Shown here piece after piece: positions 21,401 to 31,004 of a DNA stretch of 64,000 nucleotides; position 1 is the stretch's first letter, and the number at the start of each line of letters is the position of its first letter. The notes under the pieces are model-generated. The model searched no databases and had not been told where the DNA came from. It saw nothing but the letters and a program-made list of their open reading frames with translations. The stretch is taken from the NCBI GenBank assembly GCA_965238175.1, contig CBDEGZ010000003.1, positions 288,001-352,000 of the forward strand, written 5' to 3'. Both the position numbers and the translations under genes were made by a program. The DNA is from Gammaproteobacteria bacterium. GTDB lineage: Bacteria > Pseudomonadota > Gammaproteobacteria > CAJXQU01.

Positions 21401-21930
21401 ATGATCGCCGAGAGTGCTGTGTCAAGTGAAGAACCTTCCATTAAAAGGCGAATTTCTACAGGGATCATAATCAGTATGACAAAAGAAGAAACAACAACCC
21501 GATGGTGTGATAAGGCGATTGTTGCAAAGAGTGAGATACTTGAAATCATCAGCACCATAAAGATCTGATATTCCGTATTACTGGCAGAAAAAATATTCCA
21601 GAACAAAAGACTCCATCCAACAGCAGTGGCAGATGATCCGATCATAAATCGGTACAAATACAATTTTGGGTTGAGAGTGTCAGGGTTTGAGTTCGAATAA
21701 TGTATTACATCCAATGCACGAAAGAATATGATTATTGCAATGGGAATGAGCCAGAGTGATTCAGTACGATCACCGCCGATTTCACGAGTGTTGGTAAAAT
21801 AAATAATGATGCCAATAATGAAATAGTTCACGAATGAATAGGGGACGCCACTGTAAAGCGATTTAACTTGTTCCTTGAGCAGTAAATTTTTGGATTTATC
21901 AGTAGTCATAATTTTCCGCATATTTTTCAA
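18412..21930 (-). CDS. Membrane hybrid sensor histidine kinase (TM-PAS-GAF-HisKA-HATPase-REC-REC-Hpt)
   Basis: FLANMSHEIRTPMNG, NLISNAIKFT, GGTGLGL, two receivers (LDMQMP, MDCQMP), Hpt motif HALKGSSG. Confidence 0.93.
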   Translation of the reverse strand: MKNMRKIMTTDKSKNLLLKEQVKSLYSGVPYSFVNYFIIGIIIYFTNTREIGGDRTESLWLIPIAIIIFFRALDVIHYSNSNPDTLNPKLYLYRFMIGSSATAVGWSLLFWNIFSASNTEYQIFMVLMISSISLFATIALSHHRVVVSSFVILIMIPVEIRLLMEGSSLDTALSAIMLFSFLFQFNGAMRINKNYLANLHLKFENDQKENELANQQYALDQHAIISKANVCGEITHVNDRFIELSKYSKDELLGQDHRIINSNKHLPSFFKDMWQTIASGQVWHGEIRNKAKDGSYYWVDSTIVPFLDKEGKPYQYISMRTDITTSKDQDLQNTKDKNDALLRAQVAQILQGQESLEERVANALKTISKLEDAQSQNNASVFLLADNKSELQLFVAHCADDNALVWKEKTVDVYEELYGSVAISGKLLISDYCTSKTDHDNTLDQLTPHGHYIVPLWNSGKILGILFIYTDPYPSSDQSRLDTLNFIGDLLGVAIANEKINTELKQARKNAEDMAQAKSDFLANMSHEIRTPMNGVLGMLDLLNNMDLDQQSASYIETAHGSASMLLNVINDILDISKIESGKLHIEKVNFDLRKAVEDTAELLYKLACQKNLELAVYIPPETITILQGDVLRLQQILNNLISNAIKFTYEGEVSIHISTVKESAEECRLRFEVIDSGIGIAEEKQVSLFQAFTQADTSTSREFGGTGLGLTISKNLIEMMGGEIGLISTAGKGSTFWFELPFNILPRESHFEIDMDTLRFLTIDDNQTNCLILKEYVENWGAKNITETNPEIGIQRLKEAADQNRPFDILLLDMQMPKTTGLKVAAEIRNHSALANLKIILLSSMSLERVNNEENLLDMMLNKPIRQSMLYDTIVTVLNKQTSSWKKVKAPSDDTQKLTGHILLVDDNPVNQHVGREMLSKLGLSFEVASNGQEALDLQRVGNFDLILMDCQMPVIDGFEATKMIRKHEAEFTLDPITIVALTANAMESDREKCLDAGMDDYLAKPYSLKSLSEMLFRCLTTLKVNNFNKNFVVQDQNLSQESISNEIKAKGHKPAADIIDKHKFQETMETMGDSMNLIIDAFVNSGKKNITEMERHLEAANFEGVKSATHALKGSSGALGIQQLFELCKDTEEKCCMAKTENIHTQVEEISILFEKSQAAIQTLMMELVT

Positions 21931-22004
21931 ATTTTCAAAATAAACAAGGAGTTAGGTAAGGAAAATGCGAAAGCAAGATTTGAACCAAATTTGTGTCTTT
22001 GAAT

Positions 22005-22013
22005 TGATATAAT
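22005..22013 (+). promoter_or_regulatory. Extended -10 promoter element for mnmA
   Basis: Exact TGnTATAAT ending 7 nt before the ATG at 22020. Confidence 0.55.
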
Positions 22014-22019
22014 CGTCTT

Positions 22020-23120
22020 ATGCAAAACAACGAAAAAATAATGGTAGGTCTTTCGGGTGGCGTTGACTCTTCAGTTTCAGCACTGTTATTACACAAGCAA
22101 GGTTTTGAGATTGAAGGTTTGTTTATGAAAAATTGGGAAGAAGATGATTCTGATCAATATTGTGCCGCTACTGAAGATGTTAAAGATGCCCAATCGATAT
22201 GCAACAAAATCGGGATTAAATTAAATACGGTAAATTTCTCGATTGAGTATTGGGAAGAAGTCTTTGAACGTTTTGTAAAAGAGTACTCTGAGGGTTTGAC
22301 ACCTAACCCTGATATTCTTTGTAATCGTGAGATCAAATTTAAAGCATTCCTTGAACATGCAACCGACTTAGGTGCCAAAAGAATTGCTACGGGACATTAC
22401 GCTCGGGTGTCTGAAAAAAACGGAGAATATTTTCTTTTAAGAGGCAAAGATCAAAATAAAGATCAAAGCTATTTCCTATATACCTTAGGACAAAAGGAAC
22501 TCTCGCGAACACTTTTTCCGGTCGGTGAGTTGGATAAACCAGAGGTTCGCAAGCTGGCAGAGGAGGCTGCTTTGATTACGCATGACAAAAAAGACAGTAC
22601 AGGGATCTGTTTTATTGGTGAACGTCCATTCCGGGAATTTCTGAGCAAATATATTCCAGCACAAGCTGGCGAAATACAGACAATAGATGGCAAAGTGATC
22701 GGTTATCACAGCGGTGCCATGTACTACACTTTTGGACAACGTAAAGGGTTGGGGATAGGTGGTGTGAAAGGGGTGTCTGAAGAGCCCTGGTTTGTGATTG
22801 ATAAGAATGTTGAAAAAAATATTATTATTGCTGGGCAGGGACATGATCACCCAATGCTTTTCAGTGAAGGTTTAGAAGCAACAGAATTAAACTGGGTTGC
22901 TGGAAAAGCGCCTGAAGGTGTTTTTCAATGCACGGCAAAAACACGTTATCGACAAACCGATCAACAATGTACAGTAGCAAAAATGTTTGAAGATCGGTTT
23001 CGTGTCATATTTGATCAGCCTCAAAGAGCGGTTACACCAGGTCAGTCTGTAGTATTCTATGATGAAGATATGTGCTTGGGAGGGGGGGTCATTCAAAAGA
23101 TTATCAAGGAACCTAATTGA
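22020..23120 (+). CDS. mnmA: tRNA 2-thiouridylase MnmA
   Basis: [45 protein letters not shown]. Confidence 0.98.
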   Translation: MQNNEKIMVGLSGGVDSSVSALLLHKQGFEIEGLFMKNWEEDDSDQYCAATEDVKDAQSICNKIGIKLNTVNFSIEYWEEVFERFVKEYSEGLTPNPDILCNREIKFKAFLEHATDLGAKRIATGHYARVSEKNGEYFLLRGKDQNKDQSYFLYTLGQKELSRTLFPVGELDKPEVRKLAEEAALITHDKKDSTGICFIGERPFREFLSKYIPAQAGEIQTIDGKVIGYHSGAMYYTFGQRKGLGIGGVKGVSEEPWFVIDKNVEKNIIIAGQGHDHPMLFSEGLEATELNWVAGKAPEGVFQCTAKTRYRQTDQQCTVAKMFEDRFRVIFDQPQRAVTPGQSVVFYDEDMCLGGGVIQKIIKEPN

Positions 23121-23313
23121 TACTTTTGTGTCATATGCAGGTATATGGAGCCTTTGATCAATTTATAAACGGTCAGTTTGAGTCAACAATATTCAATCTC
23201 TGTGTTAGGAGACTGCATAATAGAACCACTTGCGTTTCGTGCCTTGACCTTGAATATTTTGAATCTCAACTTGCCTCGTTCAGACATATCAGAAGCTCCT
23301 TAAACAATTAAAG

Positions 23314-23925
23314 GTGAGAAAAATGAAATTAAGTAAATTATTCGCAGTGATTGCAGGTCTTATTTTTATCAGTAGTTTTGTGTTGAGTACACAAGTTTCT
23401 GGGGAATCGGATCCAGGTACAGAAATGTCTAGTGATGTTATTTCAGAGAATGACAAATTATTTGCGGATTGGGTTAAAAACAATCAGGATTTTCAAAAGC
23501 CATCACCAGATGCTCTTGAAAATCAACTGACTCAACTACAATATGAAGTGACACAAGAAGAAGGTACAGAAAGACCGTTTAAAAACGAATATTGGGATAA
23601 TAAAACGGATGGTATCTATGTTGATGTTGTTTCAGGTGAACCACTTTTCAGTTCTACACATAAATTTAAATCTGGTACCGGCTGGCCGAGTTTTTATCGT
23701 GCGATCAGTGAAGATGCAATGGTGAAAAAATCGGATTTAAGTTTGTTTGGCGTGCGTACAGAACTACGAAGCAGTGTTGCAGATAGTCACCTTGGTCATG
23801 TTTTTGAAGATGGTCCAGCACCTACAGGAAAACGGTATTGCATCAATTCTGCATCATTGAAATTTATTCCAAAAGAAGAACTTGAATCTGCTGGATATGG
23901 AAAATTCCTCCTACTATTTGAGTGA
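23314..23925 (+). CDS. msrB: Peptide-methionine (R)-S-oxide reductase with signal peptide
   Basis: [32 protein letters not shown]; hydrophobic N-terminal signal. Confidence 0.93.
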   Translation: MRKMKLSKLFAVIAGLIFISSFVLSTQVSGESDPGTEMSSDVISENDKLFADWVKNNQDFQKPSPDALENQLTQLQYEVTQEEGTERPFKNEYWDNKTDGIYVDVVSGEPLFSSTHKFKSGTGWPSFYRAISEDAMVKKSDLSLFGVRTELRSSVADSHLGHVFEDGPAPTGKRYCINSASLKFIPKEELESAGYGKFLLLFE

Positions 23926-23969
23926 GAATCTTTTTGGTTGTAAATACGCCTGATTTATTTGAGCTATCA

Positions 23970-24000
23970 TAATAAGCCTCCTGGAATAGGAGGCTTATTA
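23970..24000 (+). terminator. Hairpin after msrB, probable intrinsic terminator
   Basis: TAATAAGCCTCCT-GGAAT-AGGAGGCTTATTA, a perfect 13-bp stem. Confidence 0.7.
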
Positions 24001-24032
24001 TTTAATAACTTTAAAACTTCAGGGGAATAAAG

Positions 24033-24569
24033 GTGAATTTGTTAAAAGGTCTTTTTTACACGATTATCGGTTTGACGTTGGCGTTTTTAATTGTTGGGTA
24101 TCTCTTACCTCAACAACGTCTGGTTGAACGAAGTATTGTCATTTCTGCCCCTGTTGCAGAAGTATATCAGCAGATAAATAGCCCTAAGTCTTTTAATCAA
24201 TGGTCACCTTGGGCGAAGCTTGATCCAAATATGCAATTTAATTATGTAGGGCCAGAATCGGGTAAAGGTTCTTCTATGACATGGTTTAGTGCAAATGAAG
24301 CTGTTGGCTCAGGTAGTTGGATGATTACCGATGTGATTGAAAATGAGCACTTGGCTATAGATTTGGAATTTACTGGGCAAGGTAAATCCGCGTCATCATT
24401 TGATCTTAAACCCGAAGGCGTTGGCACCCAAGTCACATGGGGGTTTGTGATGGACGCTGGTATGAATCCGATGCACCGTTGGTTTGGCTTGATGATGGAT
24501 AGTTGGGTTGGAGCAGATTACGAGAAAGGCTTATCAGATCTAAAAATACTGATGGAGTCAGACAATTAG
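24033..24569 (+). CDS. SRPBCC/polyketide-cyclase-fold membrane-anchored protein
   Basis: VERSIVISAP..VY, QWSPW, G.DYEKGL..LK pattern. Confidence 0.8.
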   Translation: MNLLKGLFYTIIGLTLAFLIVGYLLPQQRLVERSIVISAPVAEVYQQINSPKSFNQWSPWAKLDPNMQFNYVGPESGKGSSMTWFSANEAVGSGSWMITDVIENEHLAIDLEFTGQGKSASSFDLKPEGVGTQVTWGFVMDAGMNPMHRWFGLMMDSWVGADYEKGLSDLKILMESDN

Positions 24570-25055
24570 ATCAAATTCATAAGGTATTGAATTTTATATT
24601 TAATTCATCATTTCAAAATTAATGGTTATGAATTACTTAAATAAGAGATCTGCTTAAGCCATATTAAAATGGCTAAAATCCTGATAACCCAAAGTCGATA
24701 TGTTTTCTTTCAAACAATAAACCACTAAAATTCCCCAATAGATCTAAATAATGGTTATATATAACTCTGTGATGAGCGTGTAGAGTGTTCTATCTGAAAG
24801 ATATTCAGGTCCAGTTAAAAGTATCATAATCTAGAATAAGGGAATATTAGAAAACTAAGTGAACACTTGTTTTTTCTGTCTCAAATTTAAGATTAGGTGT
24901 TATAGGCCGATTTAAGATTAATAACAAATGTTAAAACGTCTGTTATTGAACGTTTATTAAGGATAGACTGTCGCCAGCTATATTTTTCAAAGAGTCATGG
25001 AAGACTCAAGTCTATGAAAAGCAAATAGACCTTCATAAGTACAAGGAGAGACACA

Positions 25056-25493
25056 TTGAAGCAGTTATTACCATTTTTATTCTTAAATCTTTTAACTCCT
25101 CTTAATTCTCAAGCAGTCGATATTGACTTTGAACAACTAGAATATGTTGATGCTGCCACAAGTATTCATAACTCGCAGCACATTGATGCTGAATATTCGT
25201 TAGATCAGGCTACTTCAAAAGCAATTTCACTTACCACATTTGAAACTGCAGAAAGCCGAGATACAGACTCAACTACGCAAACCAACAATACAGGTGCTGT
25301 TAAACTTACCAGATTTGGTGCTGATCTTTTAAATCTAGCGAGTATTGATCTAGCAGAGCTAATTGATCCTATTACAGCGAATGTTACATTCACAAAAGAT
25401 GAGGAACTCTCACAAGTATCCACACTTGATGGTCTTATTCATAATGCAAAAGCATTCACATTAATGATAAACTTTGAGGTTGTTCAATGGTAA
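25056..25493 (+). CDS. Hypothetical exported protein
   Basis: AAGGAG RBS before a TTG start, signal-peptide-like N-terminus (SQA-V); no recognised domain. Confidence 0.5.
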   Translation: MKQLLPFLFLNLLTPLNSQAVDIDFEQLEYVDAATSIHNSQHIDAEYSLDQATSKAISLTTFETAESRDTDSTTQTNNTGAVKLTRFGADLLNLASIDLAELIDPITANVTFTKDEELSQVSTLDGLIHNAKAFTLMINFEVVQW

Positions 25494-25678
25494 CCTGGAC
25501 TTAAATCAAGGTTCTGTTTACCTGTAAATATAAGGGTTTTCGCTTCCATAGTTTCAGAACAACCGCCGATTAGTTCTGCTGCACAGTTAGTAATGCTGAT
25601 GAAAGATAAATTATAGTATTCTAGAGAGTAAACTTTTTTATTTATTGCTGATAGACATCCCAGGTATTCAAGTTTGGT

Positions 25679-26593
25679 TTAGCTAAATAATCCTTCAACA
25701 GATAAATATCGTTCACCTGTATCGTATGAAAAAGTCAGTACCCGACTCCCATCTGGAATATCACTCATTATCTGATTAATTGCGGCCAGGGACGCACCCG
25801 AAGAAACTCCCACAAAAATACCTTCCTCTTTAACGCAGCGACGGGCAAAATCAAAGGCAGCAGGATTTGATACTTGTACTATATCATCAAGTAGATCAGT
25901 CTTTAAATTGTCTGGAATAAAACCGGCCCCAATACCTTGGATCATATGTGGACCTGGTTGACCACCACTGATCACGGGAGACGCTTCTGGCTCTACGGCA
26001 ATGACTTTCAGGTTAGGCCAAGCTGCTTTTAACACTTCAGCACAACCACTTATATGACCACCTGTGCCGACGCCAGTGACCAGATAGTCTAAACCTTCAG
26101 GAAAATCAGCAAGAATTTCCTTAGCCGTTGTTTCTTTGTGGACAACTATATTTGTTGGATTTGTAAATTGTGAAGGCATCCAATTGTTATCATCTTCAGC
26201 CACCAGTTCTTCTGCTTTTGCTATTGCTCCGGGCATTCCTTTTTCCCGTGGAGTGAGTTCTAGTTCAGCGCCTAAGGCTTGCATATAACGTCGACGTTCT
26301 AAAGACATTGATTCAGGCATGACCAGAACCAAATGATAACCTTTAACTGCAGCAACAAGTGCCAACCCAATTCCAGTATTTCCAGAGGTAGGTTCAATAA
26401 TTACAGAATTAGAAGTAAGAAGCCCTTTTTTCTCCGCATCTTCGATCATGGCTAATGCAATTCTATCCTTAATACTGGCGCCAGGATTTGATCGTTCCAG
26501 TTTCATCCAGACCTCAATTCTTGGATCAAATAATCGGTTAATTCGAACCTGTGGAGTGTTACCAATACCTTCGAGGATATTATTTAATTTCAT
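25679..26593 (-). CDS. cysK: Cysteine synthase A
   Basis: NPGASIKDR (PLP Lys), [32 protein letters not shown]. Confidence 0.95.
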   Translation of the reverse strand: MKLNNILEGIGNTPQVRINRLFDPRIEVWMKLERSNPGASIKDRIALAMIEDAEKKGLLTSNSVIIEPTSGNTGIGLALVAAVKGYHLVLVMPESMSLERRRYMQALGAELELTPREKGMPGAIAKAEELVAEDDNNWMPSQFTNPTNIVVHKETTAKEILADFPEGLDYLVTGVGTGGHISGCAEVLKAAWPNLKVIAVEPEASPVISGGQPGPHMIQGIGAGFIPDNLKTDLLDDIVQVSNPAAFDFARRCVKEEGIFVGVSSGASLAAINQIMSDIPDGSRVLTFSYDTGERYLSVEGLFS

Positions 26594-26666
26594 TAGATTA
26601 AACCTTCTTAATATTCTGTATTATTATATATACCAGCCTGCTCATCCCAAACTATTCTATGTCAGT

Positions 26667-26981
26667 TTATTTAATAAAAGAGCAGCAATAATCTGTAGCT
26701 TCAATTATTTTTAAACTGAAACTTGAATTGGCTGGTACATCGAAATCCTGGCCACCTTCAATAGCTACCCAATCATTATTATCTGGCAATAAGACTTCTA
26801 GCTTTCCTGACATGATCTCCATGTTTTCTTTATCATCTGTGTTGAATTGATATTCACCCGGTAACATGAAACCCAGTGTTTTCATCGTCCCGTCTTCAAA
26901 ATGTACAGAGCGACTTGAAACATTTCCATCAAAATAAACGTTAGCTTTTTTGATGATTCTTATATTATGAAATTCCGACAT
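26667..26981 (-). CDS. ppnP: Pyrimidine/purine nucleoside phosphorylase (YaiE/DUF1255)
   Basis: KANVYFDGNVSSR, KTLG.MLPGEY.F.T, F.VPANSSF. Confidence 0.9.
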   Translation of the reverse strand: MSEFHNIRIIKKANVYFDGNVSSRSVHFEDGTMKTLGFMLPGEYQFNTDDKENMEIMSGKLEVLLPDNNDWVAIEGGQDFDVPANSSFSLKIIEATDYCCSFIK

Positions 26982-27092
26982 TCTTGATCCCTTAATTAAA
27001 TAGTAATGAATGCTTGGATGCTATCTTATTCATCTAAAAAATAATAGGATCTAAGCGACTATCAGCGATGAATATATGATGAGAGATTTACC

Positions 27093-28052
27093 ATGAAAAA
27101 GGCCATTTTATTTATTTGTTTGTTTTTAACTGCTGCTTGCGATTCTGATGAAGAACGTACGACGTCTACTGACACTTCAGCATCAGCAGAAAACAAGATG
27201 GGTTTCAATCTAACTGAAATTGCCGAAGGTATTTTCGTACATCAAGGTGTGCATGTTGAGATTGATCACGAGAATCACGCAGATGTTGCGAATATTGGTT
27301 TTATTGTTGGTGACGAATGTGTTGCGGTGATTGATACCGGTGGTTCAATTGCAAATGGTTTAAAACTACGAGAGTTAATTAAAACTAAAACTGATAAACA
27401 AATTTGTTATGTGATCAACACGCATGTGCATTTTGATCATGTTTTGGGAAATCATGCCTTCAAACAAGACAACCCAAAATATGTCGGACATAAAAATCTT
27501 GCAGATGCTCTGCTTCAAAATCGTGAGTTTTTCTTAGAAGAATTTGCTGCGGATTTAGGTGAAAATCCTACGGTTGATCATATTATTGGTCCAGAGGTCT
27601 TGGTTGAAGATACAATGGAAATTGATCTGGGAAATCGAAAATTATTATTAACCGCACATTCCAAAGCTCACACCACAACAGACTTAACGATTTTAGATCA
27701 AAAAACAAATATTTTATGGACCGGTGATTTGTTGTTTATGGAAAGAGTGCCTGTGATCGATAGTAGTCTTAAGCCCTGGTTTGCTGTTATGGAAGGGATG
27801 CATAAGCATGAATATAAGTTGGTCGTACCCGGACATGGGCCAACGTCTGCGTCCTGGCCGGAGGCGATGGAACCCCAACAGCAGTATTTTAAAGTCCTGA
27901 TCGATGAAACACGACAAGCAATTGCCGACGGGGTTTTTCTTGGTGATGCCTTGACTAAAGTTGCACAGTCTGAGAAAGATAACTGGGTGTTATTTGAAAA
28001 CTTAAACCAACGTGCTGTGAGTCGAGCCTATCAGGAATTGGAATGGGAATGA
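27093..28052 (+). CDS. SoxH-like metallo-beta-lactamase-fold lipoprotein (quinoprotein relay zinc metallohydrolase type)
   Basis: Lipobox LTAAC; ANIGFIVG, VIDTGGS, NTHVHFDHVLGN, AHTTTD, VPGHG, C-terminal ELEWE. Confidence 0.8.
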   Translation: MKKAILFICLFLTAACDSDEERTTSTDTSASAENKMGFNLTEIAEGIFVHQGVHVEIDHENHADVANIGFIVGDECVAVIDTGGSIANGLKLRELIKTKTDKQICYVINTHVHFDHVLGNHAFKQDNPKYVGHKNLADALLQNREFFLEEFAADLGENPTVDHIIGPEVLVEDTMEIDLGNRKLLLTAHSKAHTTTDLTILDQKTNILWTGDLLFMERVPVIDSSLKPWFAVMEGMHKHEYKLVVPGHGPTSASWPEAMEPQQQYFKVLIDETRQAIADGVFLGDALTKVAQSEKDNWVLFENLNQRAVSRAYQELEWE

Positions 28053-28104
28053 TTACTTAAAAGTATTTAGGCAAAAATAATTCACTTCATTTAATGGCAA
28101 TCAA

Positions 28105-29190
28105 TTAACCAGCCATTAAATGAAGTGAATCTTTCAATAAAGACATACTGATTTTCTCACCAATTTTAAGTTGGTTTCTCTCTACAACATGAGGGGGGAG
28201 ATCCATATGTAATTTTAATTCCGGGTGAGAATCTATAGCGACAATTACATTACTCACACCGCTGATTTTGACCAGCTCAATAATGTGACCCGATACCGGA
28301 TTTTCACGAACACCATTGGATGGATTTACTCGTCTATGCAGTAAAACTTTATCCGCTGAGATGCACCAATTAATTTTATCGGAATTAGAAAAATCTTGTT
28401 GATAAGGTGTATTAAATTGGATCCCTGCCCATTCGATCAATGAATTATTTTCTTCTCTATTTTGATCAATTAAATTTCCTTTAAAAATATTCCTCACATC
28501 CATTAAGCGTGCAACTAAAGCATTTTTTGGAGTGTTAAAAACTTCTTCTGGCGATCCAATTTGCAGTCCTTGCCCATTGTGTATGACACAAAGCTTGTCG
28601 GCGAGCATGGCGGCCTCATCCAGATCATGTGTGACTAAAATAATTGGGATATTTAGCTTGCGGATCAACTCCAACAGTTCGAGCCTTAACTTTCTTCTTG
28701 TTACTTGATCGACGGCAGAAAAAGGTTCGTCAAGTAATAAAACATCCGGTTTTCTAGCCAATGCACGAGCCAATGCAACGCGTTGTTGCTGACCGCCGGA
28801 AAGTGTTGTTGGAAGCCGATCATCTAAACCTTGAAGGTTAACTGCTGACAGTAAATCTTCAACATTCGAAGTACTCTTTTTTTCTATACTGATCTCGATA
28901 TTTTTTTTAACACTTAAATGAGGAAACAAAGCATAGTTTTGAAACACCATACCAACATGACGTTTTTGTGTTGAGATATTGATTTTTTTTTTCTGATCAA
29001 ACCAAACATTCTGCTTACATTTAATTAAACCCTGATCAGTTTTAAATAAACCGGCAATACAGCGTAAGGCCGTTGTTTTACCGCTACCTGAAGGGCCAAC
29101 TAAGGCGAGTACTTTTCCTGGGTCACATTTAAATTCAAGATCTAAAGGAATACCTTTGGTATTTTTTAATTTTACGGTTAGTCCTGTCAT
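28105..29190 (-). CDS. modC: Molybdate ABC transporter ATP-binding protein
   Basis: GPSGSGKT, LSGGQQQR, LLLDEPF, TOBE-like tail; follows modB. Confidence 0.8.
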   Translation of the reverse strand: MTGLTVKLKNTKGIPLDLEFKCDPGKVLALVGPSGSGKTTALRCIAGLFKTDQGLIKCKQNVWFDQKKKINISTQKRHVGMVFQNYALFPHLSVKKNIEISIEKKSTSNVEDLLSAVNLQGLDDRLPTTLSGGQQQRVALARALARKPDVLLLDEPFSAVDQVTRRKLRLELLELIRKLNIPIILVTHDLDEAAMLADKLCVIHNGQGLQIGSPEEVFNTPKNALVARLMDVRNIFKGNLIDQNREENNSLIEWAGIQFNTPYQQDFSNSDKINWCISADKVLLHRRVNPSNGVRENPVSGHIIELVKISGVSNVIVAIDSHPELKLHMDLPPHVVERNQLKIGEKISMSLLKDSLHLMAG

Positions 29191-29843
29191 GGCTGTCGTT
29201 TATTTAACAAGAAAACAAGACTAATTGTCACAAAAGCGAAGATTAATAAAACTAAAGACATAACCTTAGCTGACTCATCATTAAAACTTTGCACTTGATC
29301 AAAAATAGCGATAGAGATAGTACGCGTTTCACCAGGAATATTTCCACCCAACATTAAGACCACACCGAACTCACCAAGAGTATGTGCAAACGCCAACACC
29401 ATACCGGAAAGAATGCCCGGCCAGGCTAATGGTAATTCAATTCTAAAAAAAGTTTTCCATCGATCAAGACCACTGCACCAGGCGGCTTCTCTTAATTTTT
29501 TTGGAATTGCTTCAAACGCACGCAGCATTGGCTGTACCGCAAATGGCAGGCTATAAATTAAAGATGCGATCAAAAGCCCAGCAAAAGAGAAGACTAAAGT
29601 ATTTCCAGTGACCTTTTCATAAAAGCCACCAAGCCACGAACCTTTACCCATAAAAGATAATAAATAGAATCCTAAAACGGTTGGAGGTAAAACCAGCGGT
29701 AGTGCGACCGTTGCTTCAACAAATGCTTTACCTCGGAACTGTCGCCATGCAAGAAAACGTGCAATCAATAGCCCGACAAAAAGTAAAATGATCATAATGC
29801 AGGCTGCAAGTTTTAATGACAAATAGAAAGCCATCCAATCCAT
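29187..29843 (-). CDS. modB: Molybdate ABC transporter permease (true start probably ATG at 29843, MDWMAFYLSLKLA)
   Basis: LPLVLPPTVLGFYLL, SLPFAVQP, FAHTLGEFGVVLMLGGNIPGETRT. Confidence 0.92.
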   Translation of the reverse strand: MDWMAFYLSLKLAACIMIILLFVGLLIARFLAWRQFRGKAFVEATVALPLVLPPTVLGFYLLSFMGKGSWLGGFYEKVTGNTLVFSFAGLLIASLIYSLPFAVQPMLRAFEAIPKKLREAAWCSGLDRWKTFFRIELPLAWPGILSGMVLAFAHTLGEFGVVLMLGGNIPGETRTISIAIFDQVQSFNDESAKVMSLVLLIFAFVTISLVFLLNKRQP

Positions 29844-29847
29844 AATT

Positions 29848-30140
29848 AATCTCAACTCGGGGTAAGAAATAGAACTAAAATGAAAAACCTGTCGCCTGAT
29901 CGGTTCAACTGTCAGCAAACCGTTGAAAAAGGAAAACAAGCCAATGCATAAGCTAGTCGAAATAGTCTGTAATGTCGATGATAAGATCAATACTGAAGGT
30001 AGAGGAAATACCCTAGGGCATTTTTGTCAGTATTTCATGCTTGTTTTGGAACAAGAATTATTGTTCGATTGACATCGTAAGCGCCATCGTCGAGTCATCT
30101 GCGTGTCAGCGTAGCCATGACAATAATGATCTGTGACTCA
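29848..30140 (+). pseudogene. IS982-family left end and decayed 5' transposase fragment
   Basis: ATG 29944 gives MHKLVEIVCNVDD; after a ~39-bp interruption FCQYFM..LEQELL, R.RHR and AMTIMI fragments match the IS982 N-terminus; putative IR begins aatctcaactcggggtaag. Confidence 0.65.
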
Positions 30141-30467
30141 GTACAGATCAATAATTAGCTAGCACTCAGCGCATCTACTCACTGTTGTGAATATCTTGAT
30201 GTAAAGATACTCAGCAGCCGACATAGGCTCTTATTCAAATTAGTTTTTTTACATTGTTTTGCAACAGTTTGTGAGAAATGTCAGGGTGACCTCATTTATT
30301 CTGTTGGTTTCGTTAGTAAAGCAAGAGAAACAAAACAGGAATGAGAAATTGAGCGACAAAGAATTTCTGGTGAATTGTCTGAGTGTTTTCCAGAATGCGT
30401 GACCAATTAACCACCCCTTCAGAGCTAACCGGATAGTTATACCACTGCCAGGCCAATGCACCGGCAT

Positions 30468-30785
30468 AACCTCATTCTAGAGGCACAGCCCAAATGGCTT
30501 GATGTAGATTCAAAAGATATATCTGATAGATATCTACCAAAACTGAAAGGATTGTCCAAGTAAAATGCTATTAAAAAGCTCAAAGAATGCCTATTGCAAG
30601 ATTTTAAGTATGTTGGCTCTCATCCCAAATGGATTCAATCTCCCATTTGGCCAATAAGTAACGGCGAACCTCTGATATTTCTTGGGCAAATCGAGATTGA
30701 GAAGTATTTTCATGACACCGCAGTGACATACGTATTTCATAAACCAAACGATGACACTACTAAAACAATAATTCAGGTATCATAA
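30468..30785 (+). pseudogene. 5'-truncated hypothetical gene with in-frame stop
   Basis: LILEAQPKWLDVD...GLSK*NAIKKLKECLLQDFKYVGSHPKWIQSPIWP reads as one frame across a TAA. Confidence 0.5.
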
Positions 30786-31004
30786 GTAAAAAGCTAGCAA
30801 GGCCATGCAATCCGACTCCACTCATTGCTGGTTTTTGGACTCTCGGAGAAATCAGTGTGAGAAGTGAATTTCAATACTTTATGAATGAAGAAGATCATGC
30901 TCTTTTTGATGATTTCATTAGATTCTTAAACTCAGAAAAGATTGATGACGGTTTTTAGTCTGTGAAAATTCTATTAGAATTGATCGTTTGAAATAAGCCT
31001 ATTA

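Noticed and set aside
23117-23311. hflD or another real gene after mnmA
   Set aside because: No HflD resemblance, TTG start, no recognisable features.
29844-29990. N-terminal extension of ModB in the ORF track
   Set aside because: It reads through the IS982 relic on the opposite strand; ModB homology starts at MDWMAF (29843).
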